NCBI GenBank assembly: GCA_965203435.1
Contig: CBDBCU010000002.1
Location: 458,526-522,525, forward strand
DNA length: 64,000 bases
Reading direction: 5' to 3'
From: Dehalococcoidia bacterium
GTDB taxonomy: Bacteria; Chloroflexota; Dehalococcoidia; Lucifugimonadales; UBA3495
A model generated the notes under the pieces. The model had not been told where the DNA came from. It made no database searches and saw nothing but the letters and a program-made list of their open reading frames with translations. The position numbers and the translations under genes were made by a program. Below, in pieces: positions 34,380-41,793 of the stretch; the stretch's first letter is position 1; the number at the start of each line of letters is the position of its first letter.

Positions 34380-36977
34380 TCAGGGGGCCACCGCCAACTC
34401 CACCGCCCATAATTCCCCCCGCCCGGGTACATACTGCCCCGTCCGCATTTCCTTAATGCCGCCGGGATAGCCCGGCAAGGCAACGGACGCCAGACACTTG
34501 CCGTCAAAAGAGCCGCCATAGCGGGCAAAGGCAAAATCCAAGTTGGCAAAGCCGGCCGGCCGCCGTTCCGCCGACAAATCCGCAACATCTACCGGGACGA
34601 TATGCAGGAAAAAGTCGGCCGCCGTATCCTCAGCCGCGCAGGATTCCCGGATATAGGTCAAATGCCCGTCCCGCCAATACAGGGCAAAGTAGTCCCGGGC
34701 TGCCGGCGCCACGGCAGCCAGGGCGGCATAATCGGCCCGCAGTTGGTCGGGATCGGCCGGGAAATAGAGGACTTCACTCCAGCGGTCGGATTGGCCGGTG
34801 CGGATTTCCCGGATGGGATAATCCGGCAAAAGAAAGGCGGCCAGACACTCTCCGCCGGGCCGGCCGCCGTAATCGGGCAGTAGGAAGTCCCGGTTCTCGA
34901 ATCCCCCCGTCCAAAGATAAAACGGCAAATCCGCCAAGTTTTCCGGATAGATATGCAGCGTTACCAAGGTTTCATATTCGGCGGGAGAGCAGTCCCCTTT
35001 AGCGTAGAGCAGGCGGTTCTGGCCGGCGGCATCCGGCTCCCGGAAAACGGCGAAACTATCCGGCCGGGCCGGGCGGGGGCTGGCCCGCCGGGCCGCGGCG
35101 ACGCGCTCCCGCAATCCCGGCTGGGCGCGGCTGTAAAGGACCGCCCATTGGTCGCCCTCCGGCTGATCCTGGCCGATGATAAGGTCGTGGGGAGTAGCGT
35201 CGGGCAGTTGGAGGACCGCCAGGCAGGTATTATCCCAGCGCACCCCGTGACTGCGTAAGATAATAGTGGGTTCCCCTTCCCTTCCTCTTGCTGGCGCCGG
35301 CAGGAGAACTTGGGCAAAGACGCGCCGCGCCATATCCCCGGCGGCGCAGTTTTCCCGGATAAAAGTCAAAGTTCGGCCCTGGATATAAACATCGTAAGCG
35401 GCCCGGATGATGGGGGTTCCGGCCACCGTCTGCCGATAAAGTTCCCGGTAGGTTGCCACGGCGGCGGCGGTCATCCGGGATGCTTTCAGGGGTTTTACGG
35501 CCAGCAGAGTATTGTGGTAAGTCCGTCCCACCGGCAGCGCGTTAAAGGCCAAATCCGGATCGTTGCCCTGCCAAATGTAAAACATCGCATAATCCCCCTC
35601 GACGAACCCCTCCCGAAAACCCGGCTCGTCAGCCCAGACGCCCCGCACCGCCAGGGTCTCGTTGGGATGGCGTTTTCGCAGATAGTCTAGGGCCGTCGCT
35701 ACCGCCGCGTTGGGGGAACGAATCTGATACTGCGTCCGCAGATATTCCGGAGTCGTCCGGTCGACCAGGAAGTTGAAATAAAGATCCTGCAAGGGATGGA
35801 TTTGCGTCATCGCGAGGATAATCAAGCCCAAGCCAACCCCGGCCAGGCCGTACGCGCCGGCCGGCAAAACCGGCTTGGCGAATTGTCGGCGGCGGGCGCT
35901 CGAACGACAAATCCAATGCAATCCCCCGGCCGCCAGCAGGCTGAAAGGCGTATACAGGAAATAGAAATGCCGCCAATCGTTATACTGATTGGAACCCAGC
36001 AGGGCGGCGGCCAGCGGCGGCAGCAGAAAGCAAGCCAGCAGCAACCACCCAAAGCGCAATCGGGTATTGCGGAAAACCGCCCCGGGCCGGGTCAGGCTCC
36101 GGGCCAGGACCGCAACGATCCCGACGCCGCCCAGCAACAGTAGCGGCGGCGGCGTGGTAATACTGAACCAGACCAAGTTGTAATGCGGCGGCGTTTCGTT
36201 GGAAAGAATCCATTCGCCTTGGAACAACGACCACACCCGAGTGGGATGATTGACCGTCAATTCCAGGCTCGCCGCCAGGTAGTCCAGGGGATGGGTCCAG
36301 GCGTAGGGCGCGGCGGCGTACAGCGTCAGCCCGGCGGCCAGGGCGAACATTCCGGCCGTCCGCAATATGCTCCGCCGCTGCGGCCAATTCCCGGCATAAA
36401 ACAAATCCAATCCCCGCATTCCCAAGGGAGCCGCAAAGAGCATTATCCCCATAATCCGCAGGTTGGTCAGCAATCCCACCGCTATTCCCAGCAGGACAAA
36501 GGCCCCGATAGTGTCCCGGCGGAATGCCCGTTCCAGCAGATAGAGGGCGATTATGAACATACTGATAAAGGGCGCGTCTTTGGAATTGATAAAGGAATTG
36601 GCATAGATGCGGGGATGCAGGAGAAAAATAAGCAGGGCAAACAGGGCCAGCAGCCGATTGCCGAACAGCCGATAAGCCAGCCGGTAGCAGAAATAGCCGC
36701 CGATAATAAAGAACAGGTGGGTTAGCAAGGAACGGAGGTGGTGGATGTCGCCTTTATCGGTCAAGCCCAGGGCCCGCTCGGCCAGTAGCAGGGGCAGCTC
36801 AAAGGCTACGCCATACACCCGGTCGTGGTAACGCTCCGTCGCCACGCCGTCGGTCTGGCCCCGGATGTAATTCAGGTTAGCTTGGGCAATGCGCCGCTGG
36901 TTCGGCTCATCAATGTGAATGCCGTAATCGCCGGCCAGGGCCAGCCCCGCCAGCAGGAAAAGGGCGCAGACCAGCAA
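34380..36977 (-). CDS. GT-C fold (PMT_2/ArnT/GT39-like) membrane protein, paralog D, three C-terminal modules; as sequenced it is cut off from its native start by a G16 tract
   Basis: 865-aa ORF beginning at a TTG inside the first TM (LLVCALFLLAGLALAGDYG). The conserved N-terminus and promoter lie upstream in another frame (see 36978..37087). Confidence 0.8.
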   Translation of the reverse strand: MLVCALFLLAGLALAGDYGIHIDEPNQRRIAQANLNYIRGQTDGVATERYHDRVYGVAFELPLLLAERALGLTDKGDIHHLRSLLTHLFFIIGGYFCYRLAYRLFGNRLLALFALLIFLLHPRIYANSFINSKDAPFISMFIIALYLLERAFRRDTIGAFVLLGIAVGLLTNLRIMGIMLFAAPLGMRGLDLFYAGNWPQRRSILRTAGMFALAAGLTLYAAAPYAWTHPLDYLAASLELTVNHPTRVWSLFQGEWILSNETPPHYNLVWFSITTPPPLLLLGGVGIVAVLARSLTRPGAVFRNTRLRFGWLLLACFLLPPLAAALLGSNQYNDWRHFYFLYTPFSLLAAGGLHWICRSSARRRQFAKPVLPAGAYGLAGVGLGLIILAMTQIHPLQDLYFNFLVDRTTPEYLRTQYQIRSPNAAVATALDYLRKRHPNETLAVRGVWADEPGFREGFVEGDYAMFYIWQGNDPDLAFNALPVGRTYHNTLLAVKPLKASRMTAAAVATYRELYRQTVAGTPIIRAAYDVYIQGRTLTFIRENCAAGDMARRVFAQVLLPAPARGREGEPTIILRSHGVRWDNTCLAVLQLPDATPHDLIIGQDQPEGDQWAVLYSRAQPGLRERVAAARRASPRPARPDSFAVFREPDAAGQNRLLYAKGDCSPAEYETLVTLHIYPENLADLPFYLWTGGFENRDFLLPDYGGRPGGECLAAFLLPDYPIREIRTGQSDRWSEVLYFPADPDQLRADYAALAAVAPAARDYFALYWRDGHLTYIRESCAAEDTAADFFLHIVPVDVADLSAERRPAGFANLDFAFARYGGSFDGKCLASVALPGYPGGIKEMRTGQYVPGRGELWAVELAVAP

Positions 36978-37071
36978 CCCGCTGTAACTGGGGGGGGGGG
37001 GGGGGTAAAGTAGATGTCCTGCGGATAAGGCGGAAAATTTGCGGGGGGATATGGCGCGGCGGCGTAAGCAT
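36978..37071 (-). other. displaced native 5' coding segment of paralog D (ATG 37071), out of frame by one nucleotive with the main ORF
   Basis: ATG CTT ACG CCG CCG CGC... = MLTPPRHIPPQIFRLIRRTSTL + poly-Pro. 37071 to 36977 is 94 nt (3n+1). With 15 C the frame reads ...PPPPPSYSGLLVCALF, matching AAYGGLLVCALF of paralog C. Confidence 0.8.
36990..37005. repeat. G16 homopolymer (C16 on the coding strand) inside the 5' coding region of paralog D
   Basis: Counted directly: ...gctgtaact g gggggggggg ggggg taaag... Confidence 0.95.
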
Positions 37072-37078
37072 AGACGGC

Positions 37079-37087
37079 ATTATAGCA
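37079..37087 (-). promoter_or_regulatory. extended -10 box TGCTATAAT, 7 nt upstream of the native paralog D ATG
   Basis: attatagca on + strand. Spacer 37072..37078. Confidence 0.6.
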
Positions 37088-37159
37088 TAAAGCTACCGAT
37101 GGATTCCTTGCCGGCCGGGGGCAATTCCGGGGAATTGCTTATACCCGACTAATCCTCAA

Positions 37160-37315
37160 CCGTCATTTCTGCCGCTCGCCTACCGTCATTCCCGCGTAAG
37201 CGGGAATCCGGCGGTTGCTTGCCGAGGCGGCGGTATCAGGCAGTACCGTTCGGGATTCCCGCTTACGCGGGAATGACGGTAGAGGCGGCGGCCCATCCGA
37301 CTTGCCGGGACGCCG
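37160..37315. repeat. REP-1 cluster with a composite element
   Basis: ccgtcattcccgcgtaagcgggaatccggcggttgcttgccgaggcggcggtatcaggcagtaccgttcgggattcccgcttacgcgggaatgacgg. Confidence 0.85.
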
Positions 37316-37545
37316 CTGGATTCCTGCTTGCGGGGGAAGGACGGTAGGGGGACGGCGGGAATCCGGCAAGGCCGCGGACGCTGGATTTCCCTTGCGCGGG
37401 AAGGACGGTAGGGGGACGGCGGGAATCCGGCAAGGCCGCGGACGCTGGATTTCCCTTGCGCGGGAAGGACGGTAGGGGGACGGCGGGAATCCGGCAAGGC
37501 CGCGGACGCTGGATTTCCCTTGCGCGGGAAGGACGGTAGGGATGC
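37316..37545. repeat. 64-65-bp tandem repeat, ~3.6 copies, built from a degenerate REP-1 hairpin
   Basis: The unit ctggatttcccttgcgcgggaaggacggtagggggacggcgggaatccggcaaggccgcggacg starts at 37316, 37381, 37445 and 37509. Copies 2 and 3 are identical. Confidence 0.9.
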
Positions 37546-37624
37546 GCGGGAATCCCGGCAAGCAAGAACTGCCGCAAGGAATCCGTCAGAAACCGGCCCT
37601 TTCCCGCCGCCTTTCAGCCTTTGT

Positions 37625-37653
37625 TTGACAAAGAATGGCGTTAGCGCTATATC
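37625..37653 (+). promoter_or_regulatory. promoter of the SBP gene (TTGACA-N17-TATATC)
   Basis: TTGACA 37625..37630, TATATC 37648..37653. Confidence 0.55.
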
Positions 37654-37719
37654 TTTGCCTGCCCGGTCGACCGGAAACGGCCGGGGCGCGTCCCCAATTT
37701 AATGCGGAGGGGAATTATT

Positions 37720-39645
37720 ATGCGCTTTATGCCTTTCATCCGCCCCCGGCCTTGGATTATTCCGGCGGCGCTGCTGCTGCTACTGGTCGGCGTGGCCTGC
37801 GGCTCGGCGTCCGAGGAGCCAGTGCCGGCGCCCCCGGCCGGTTCCCAAGATGCGGCCCCGGCCGCCGGACAACCGGCCGCCCCGGCCGCCGCCGCGACCC
37901 CGGCGGCCGCCGCCGCGGCAGCGATGTCCCCCACGGCGGCCCCGGCGGCCCCGGCCGCCCGCAGCGTATCGCCCACCCCTACCACCGCCCCGGAACAGGC
38001 AAGGGTAGTCCCGGAAACCGCCGCCGTGGATGATGCCCCCTATGGCATCCTGCGGGTTGCCAACAAGGATTTGGGGCCGCCGCAATTCCTGCCCAAGAAT
38101 ATGGCCGTCCCCCAAGCCACCTATGTCAGCCCGGTCATCTTTGACGCCCTGTGGCGGGTCAGCCCCAGCCGGGAACTGCAAAACGACCTGCTGGAGGATT
38201 GGAGCCTTTCCGCCGACGGAACTACCTGGCGGCTCCAGCTGAAAGCGGGCATCCCTTACCACAAGGATTGGGGCACCGCCAATGTCAACGACCTGATGTG
38301 GGTGGTGAACCAGATAATGCTGGACGAAGGCCGTCATCCCGGCAAAACCAATATGCGCCGCATTTTCCAGCGGGAGGAAACCGAAACCACCGTCAACATC
38401 ATTGACGACCTGACGGTGGAAATCAACACCGGCACCCACCAGGCTTTTGACTTCATCTGGCGCTTTCAGCAGTTCGGGGCCAACAACTTCATCCCCATGG
38501 CCAGCAAAGCTTACGCCGACGCCGTGGGCGAGGAGCAGGCTACTCTGGAGGGCATCGGCACCGGCCCCTGGCAGTTCGTCGAGTTCAAGACCAATGAACG
38601 TTTCATCTCCGAGGCGGTGCCGGATCACTGGCACAAGCCCCCCTACTTTCAGGAACTCCACTACTACCAGATTGCCGAGGAATCCACCCGCATCGCCAAC
38701 TTCCTGGCCGGGGAATTGGATACGATGCAGACTTCCCTGGGGTCGATTCCCAACCTGCTCGACGCCCAAGGCGTCAAGTTTATGCGCTTTCCCGGGGCCT
38801 TGGAACTGCACATCACCCTCCACGGCCAACTCTATATCGACCGGGAGGGCGTGCCGGAACGGGATGCCAGCCTGCCCTGGATTTCGTCCACCGCCGATGT
38901 GAACTCGGCGGAATGGAAACGGGCCCGGGATGTGCGCGAAGCCCTGCGGATTGCCATTGACCGGGAATCCATCCTGGACAATGTGCTGGATGGCGAGGGC
39001 AATGCCGACAATCCCTATTGGCGCTGGACGGGCTACGAGCAGTTCTTTGACGATGAAATGCGGCAAGCCCAGCCCGAATACAACCCGGAGCGGGCCCGGC
39101 AGCTGCTGGCCGCCGCTGGCTATGCCGACGGCTTTTCCATTGATATGGCCCTCACCCAGCGTTCCTACCCCGGCACCCCCAAAGTGGGCGAGGCGGTGTG
39201 CGTGATGTGGGAGGAAATCAATGTGCGCTGCAATCAGCAGCGGATGCCGATGACCGCTTTCCGCCCCCACTTCGTCAACCGCACTTGGAAAGGCTACAAC
39301 ACCCACGACAACAGCCCCCAGGACGAACCCATTGACGCCTACAATCAGGGCGTATCCAGCAAGGGGCTGATTATGCGCGGCATGGAACATCCCTACCTGG
39401 ATGCCCAGGTCGAGGCCATGTTCGCCGAGCCGGACTTTGAGCGGCGGATGGAAATTCAGCGGGAAACGGCCAAGTGGATTTTGGAGAATGCGGTGCATTT
39501 CCCCATTGCATCCATCAATGTGGTCTGGCCGGTGGGGGCCGAAATTGACCTGTGGAACTTCGGCTGCTGCGCCCGGGACATCGCATCCAACCTGGAGTTT
39601 GCCCCCCACCGGGATCAGTTGGGCGGTGAACAGTTCCCCAAATAG
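37720..39645 (+). CDS. ABC transporter substrate-binding lipoprotein, family 5 (DppA/OppA-like)
   Basis: ORF trimmed to ATG 37720 (GGAGGGG SD). Lipobox LLLVGVAC-GS, ~60-aa Ala/Pro linker, then a long soluble domain of SBP_bac_5 type. No permease or ATPase genes adjacent. Confidence 0.75.
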   Translation: MRFMPFIRPRPWIIPAALLLLLVGVACGSASEEPVPAPPAGSQDAAPAAGQPAAPAAAATPAAAAAAAMSPTAAPAAPAARSVSPTPTTAPEQARVVPETAAVDDAPYGILRVANKDLGPPQFLPKNMAVPQATYVSPVIFDALWRVSPSRELQNDLLEDWSLSADGTTWRLQLKAGIPYHKDWGTANVNDLMWVVNQIMLDEGRHPGKTNMRRIFQREETETTVNIIDDLTVEINTGTHQAFDFIWRFQQFGANNFIPMASKAYADAVGEEQATLEGIGTGPWQFVEFKTNERFISEAVPDHWHKPPYFQELHYYQIAEESTRIANFLAGELDTMQTSLGSIPNLLDAQGVKFMRFPGALELHITLHGQLYIDREGVPERDASLPWISSTADVNSAEWKRARDVREALRIAIDRESILDNVLDGEGNADNPYWRWTGYEQFFDDEMRQAQPEYNPERARQLLAAAGYADGFSIDMALTQRSYPGTPKVGEAVCVMWEEINVRCNQQRMPMTAFRPHFVNRTWKGYNTHDNSPQDEPIDAYNQGVSSKGLIMRGMEHPYLDAQVEAMFAEPDFERRMEIQRETAKWILENAVHFPIASINVVWPVGAEIDLWNFGCCARDIASNLEFAPHRDQLGGEQFPK

Positions 39646-39700
39646 ACCACAAGCCGGCCGGCGGCCGGCGGCAGCGGCTGACCGGCATCAGCCAAAAATA

Positions 39701-39733
39701 CGGGGCGGGTTTGCTACCCGTCCCGGATTTTTT
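39701..39733. terminator. bidirectional intrinsic terminator between the SBP gene and hicB
   Basis: AAAAATA-CGGGGCGGGT-ttgct-ACCCGTCCCG-GATTTTTT, with an A-run on one side and a T-run on the other. Confidence 0.75.
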
Positions 39734-39754
39734 GCCGGCCGTTTTTCAACCCGC

Positions 39755-40186
39755 TTACGCCGCCAAATCCTCTACCACCAGACGGCAGCAGCCCAGCAGT
39801 TCCATGGCCCGGTCTAGCTGACTCCAGGGGGTAAGGCAGTCGGGATGCACCAGCTTTTTGATCGAAGCCTCCTGCAAGCCCAGCTGCTGTGCCAGGGCGG
39901 CGTTGCTGATGCCCTGCCGGCGCATAGCGGTATAAATGGACATCTTGGCCGCCACCAGCGGCGGCACCGGAATCAGTTCCTGCCCTTTCTTGACCTTGCT
40001 GGGGATGGGCATATCCTCATCGCACCGGATATAACCGCGCAGAGCCGCCGTCAGGCAGTCGTGGGCTTGGAACTTGGCTTCCGCGTAGGTGTCGCCCCCG
40101 GTGTTGGCCCCGTACACATCCGGAAAACGAACCGAGTAGCCGCCGTCGCTGCTCGGTTTGATCTTGCAGGGATAGGCGTAACGCAT
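39755..40186 (-). CDS. hicB: HicB-family antitoxin with C-terminal HTH
   Basis: MRYAYPCKIKPSSDGGYSVRFPDVYGANTGGDTYAEA...; C-terminal GISNAALAQQLGL HTH. Paralog of 60082..60516. Confidence 0.85.
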   Translation of the reverse strand: MRYAYPCKIKPSSDGGYSVRFPDVYGANTGGDTYAEAKFQAHDCLTAALRGYIRCDEDMPIPSKVKKGQELIPVPPLVAAKMSIYTAMRRQGISNAALAQQLGLQEASIKKLVHPDCLTPWSQLDRAMELLGCCRLVVEDLAA

Positions 40187-40188
40187 AG

Positions 40189-40449
40189 CTAGAACCTCCT
40201 CCGGTCGATGCCCAAATCCCGAAACATCCCCATCAGGGTGTCGATCTTAATCTCGCCGTGCTGCACTACGGTGCGGCGATTGCCCAGGTAAAAAGTGCCG
40301 TGGCTGCCCTTGCCCTCGCTGGGTTCGAACTGCCACTCCAGCCCGTTGCGCCGGGCGTAGCGGCGGGCGCTGGTTTTCCGCTCATCCTGAACTTCGTTGA
40401 AGGACGAGCGGAAAATCAGCGCCCACTGTTGGAACTCGGACCCGTTCAT
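40189..40449 (-). CDS. hicA: HicA-family toxin carrying an in-frame 20-codon PAL-4 insertion near the N-terminus
   Basis: ...GKGSHGTFYLGNRRTVVQHGEIKIDTLMGMFRDLGIDRRRF aligns with 60519..60725. Extra WALIFRSSFNEVQDERKTSA is encoded by 40366..40425. Confidence 0.8.
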   Translation of the reverse strand: MNGSEFQQWALIFRSSFNEVQDERKTSARRYARRNGLEWQFEPSEGKGSHGTFYLGNRRTVVQHGEIKIDTLMGMFRDLGIDRRRF

Positions 40450-40599
40450 CCTTCAACGAAGTTCAGGATGAACGGACTTCAACGAAGTTCAGGATGAGCG
40501 GAAAACCAGCGCCCGCTGTTGAACTCAGCCCCGTTCATCCTTCAACGAAGTTCAGGATGAACGGACTTCAACGGAGTTCAGGATGAGCGGAAAATCAGC
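40365..40599. repeat. PAL-4 cluster, ~2.5 tandem ~88-bp units, overlapping the hicA 5' end and its upstream region
   Basis: The unit cttcaacgaagttcaggatgagcggaaaaccagcgcccgctgttgaactcagccccgttcatccttcaacgaagttcaggatgaacgga is repeated. Confidence 0.85.
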
Positions 40600-40604
40600 C
40601 CCGG

Positions 40605-41516
40605 CTAGGCGGCCAGCAGGCCCACGCCGACCCACCAGTGTTTGCCCTTGCCGCGCCGCCGCCGTTGAAAGCCCTGGGCGGTCAGCTGCATTCCGAAAGT
40701 GCGTTGCGGCAGCGGCTGCCGGCCCTGTTCTTTACACCAGTCGAGATACGCCTGATAAAACTCCTTGGCGATAATCAGGGCATCATCACTCACGGCGCAG
40801 CGGGCGGCTACGAAGTCGGCGACCTGAGCCAGGGGCGAGGCGGCTTCCCCGGCGGCCGCGGCCAGTTCCGCGGCGGCGGCCCGAGCGGCGGCCGCTTCCC
40901 GTTCCGCCGCGGCTGCGGCGGCGGCTTTAGCCGCGGCGGCCGCTTCCTCTTGCGCCTTTTCCACCTGGTCGCTGCAAAACTGGAGCAGAGCCATATAGCG
41001 CTGCAAGCCGCCGAAATCGTCCCACAGCACTTCCTTGCCATCCAGAATAGACGCGTCCAGGGTGAAATCCACCGGCTTGACTTCGAAGCGATGCCGGTAG
41101 TCCGGGGGGCAGACCCAGACCGGAGAAAGCAAGTCCCGGCTCATAGTATTGCTGAGCAGGTACAGGGCGCAGCGGGCGGCTTTCAGGTCCGGGTCGGGGT
41201 CTTGGAGCGGCTGGCCTTTGTAGGTCAGCTCCATGGTGCGGTGGGTCTGGATGGCGGAAAAGGCGAAGGAGCCGCGGATCTGGTTGTTGATGCAGCGCAC
41301 CAGTTCCCGGTTGTCACCCAGTTGCAGGGGCGTATCCACTTCCACCGTGGCATCGTTCAGCGCCTTGAACTCCGTTTTGCCCGGCACATAGGCGGCGGTG
41401 ATGACGCCGCGCTGGGCGGCCGCCCACAGCGCAATGGACAGGGCCAGGTTCTCCTTGACCATCTTGATGTTCGATGCGGATGGCGCCACTTTGTTACCCC
41501 CTGAACTGCTGGTCAT
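40605..41516 (-). CDS. hypothetical protein: unknown ~190-aa N-terminal domain, poly-Ala/Glu linker, C-terminal domain resembling the extreme C-terminus of P4/D5-family phage-plasmid primases
   Basis: C-terminus VADFVAARCAVSDDALIIAKEFYQAYLDWCKEQGRQPLPQRTFGMQLTAQGFQRRRRGKGKHWWVGVGL fits the pattern (..C......s.ly..Y..WC...G..pls...fg..L...Gf...r...g....Gi.L). Confidence 0.55.
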   Translation of the reverse strand: MTSSSGGNKVAPSASNIKMVKENLALSIALWAAAQRGVITAAYVPGKTEFKALNDATVEVDTPLQLGDNRELVRCINNQIRGSFAFSAIQTHRTMELTYKGQPLQDPDPDLKAARCALYLLSNTMSRDLLSPVWVCPPDYRHRFEVKPVDFTLDASILDGKEVLWDDFGGLQRYMALLQFCSDQVEKAQEEAAAAAKAAAAAAAEREAAAARAAAAELAAAAGEAASPLAQVADFVAARCAVSDDALIIAKEFYQAYLDWCKEQGRQPLPQRTFGMQLTAQGFQRRRRGKGKHWWVGVGLLAA

Positions 41517-41656
41517 CCTGCGCTCCCATTCCCCCTTATCCCGGCCGCCGCGGCCGGACCAAGCCCATTATAACCGACTGTCCTCGGCCCTGAGCTTGGC
41601 CGTTGCGGTCAAATTAGCGCCGTTTTTGGCCTTCCGGGCCGCATTTCCCCCGCCAT

Positions 41657-41745
41657 GTCATTCCGAGCGTAGCCGAGGAATCTAAAATGCCCGCCCTTGA
41701 ATCCTTTGCCAGATTTTCAGATTCCTCGGCTACGCTCGGAATGAC
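41657..41745. mobile_element. MITE-2 copy
   Basis: gtcattccgagcgtagccgaggaatctaaaatgcccgccc...agattcctcggctacgctcggaatgac. Confidence 0.85.
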
Positions 41746-41793
41746 CTAGTGGAGGGACTGCTGACCGGCCCGGACTCAGCGAACACCGGCCGC

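Noticed and set aside
37800-37990. GCC/GCG-rich repeats at the start of the SBP gene
   Set aside because: This is the in-frame Ala/Pro tether following the lipobox. It is a compositional feature, not a separate element.
37780-39609. 609-aa ORF antisense to the SBP gene (also 20815..22266, 23357..24484, 25163..26269, 11846..12925, 14285..15199, 29531..30649, 49515..50534, 50538..51533, 52530..54047, 56088..57212, 61151..62833)
   Set aside because: All are mirror-strand ORFs over genes with clear family signatures. This is the typical stop-codon depletion of GC-rich DNA.
40840-40960. GCGGCGGC-rich low-complexity DNA as a microsatellite or CRISPR-like repeat
   Set aside because: It encodes the in-frame poly-Ala/Glu linker of 40605..41516. 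It has no fixed period beyond codon repetition.
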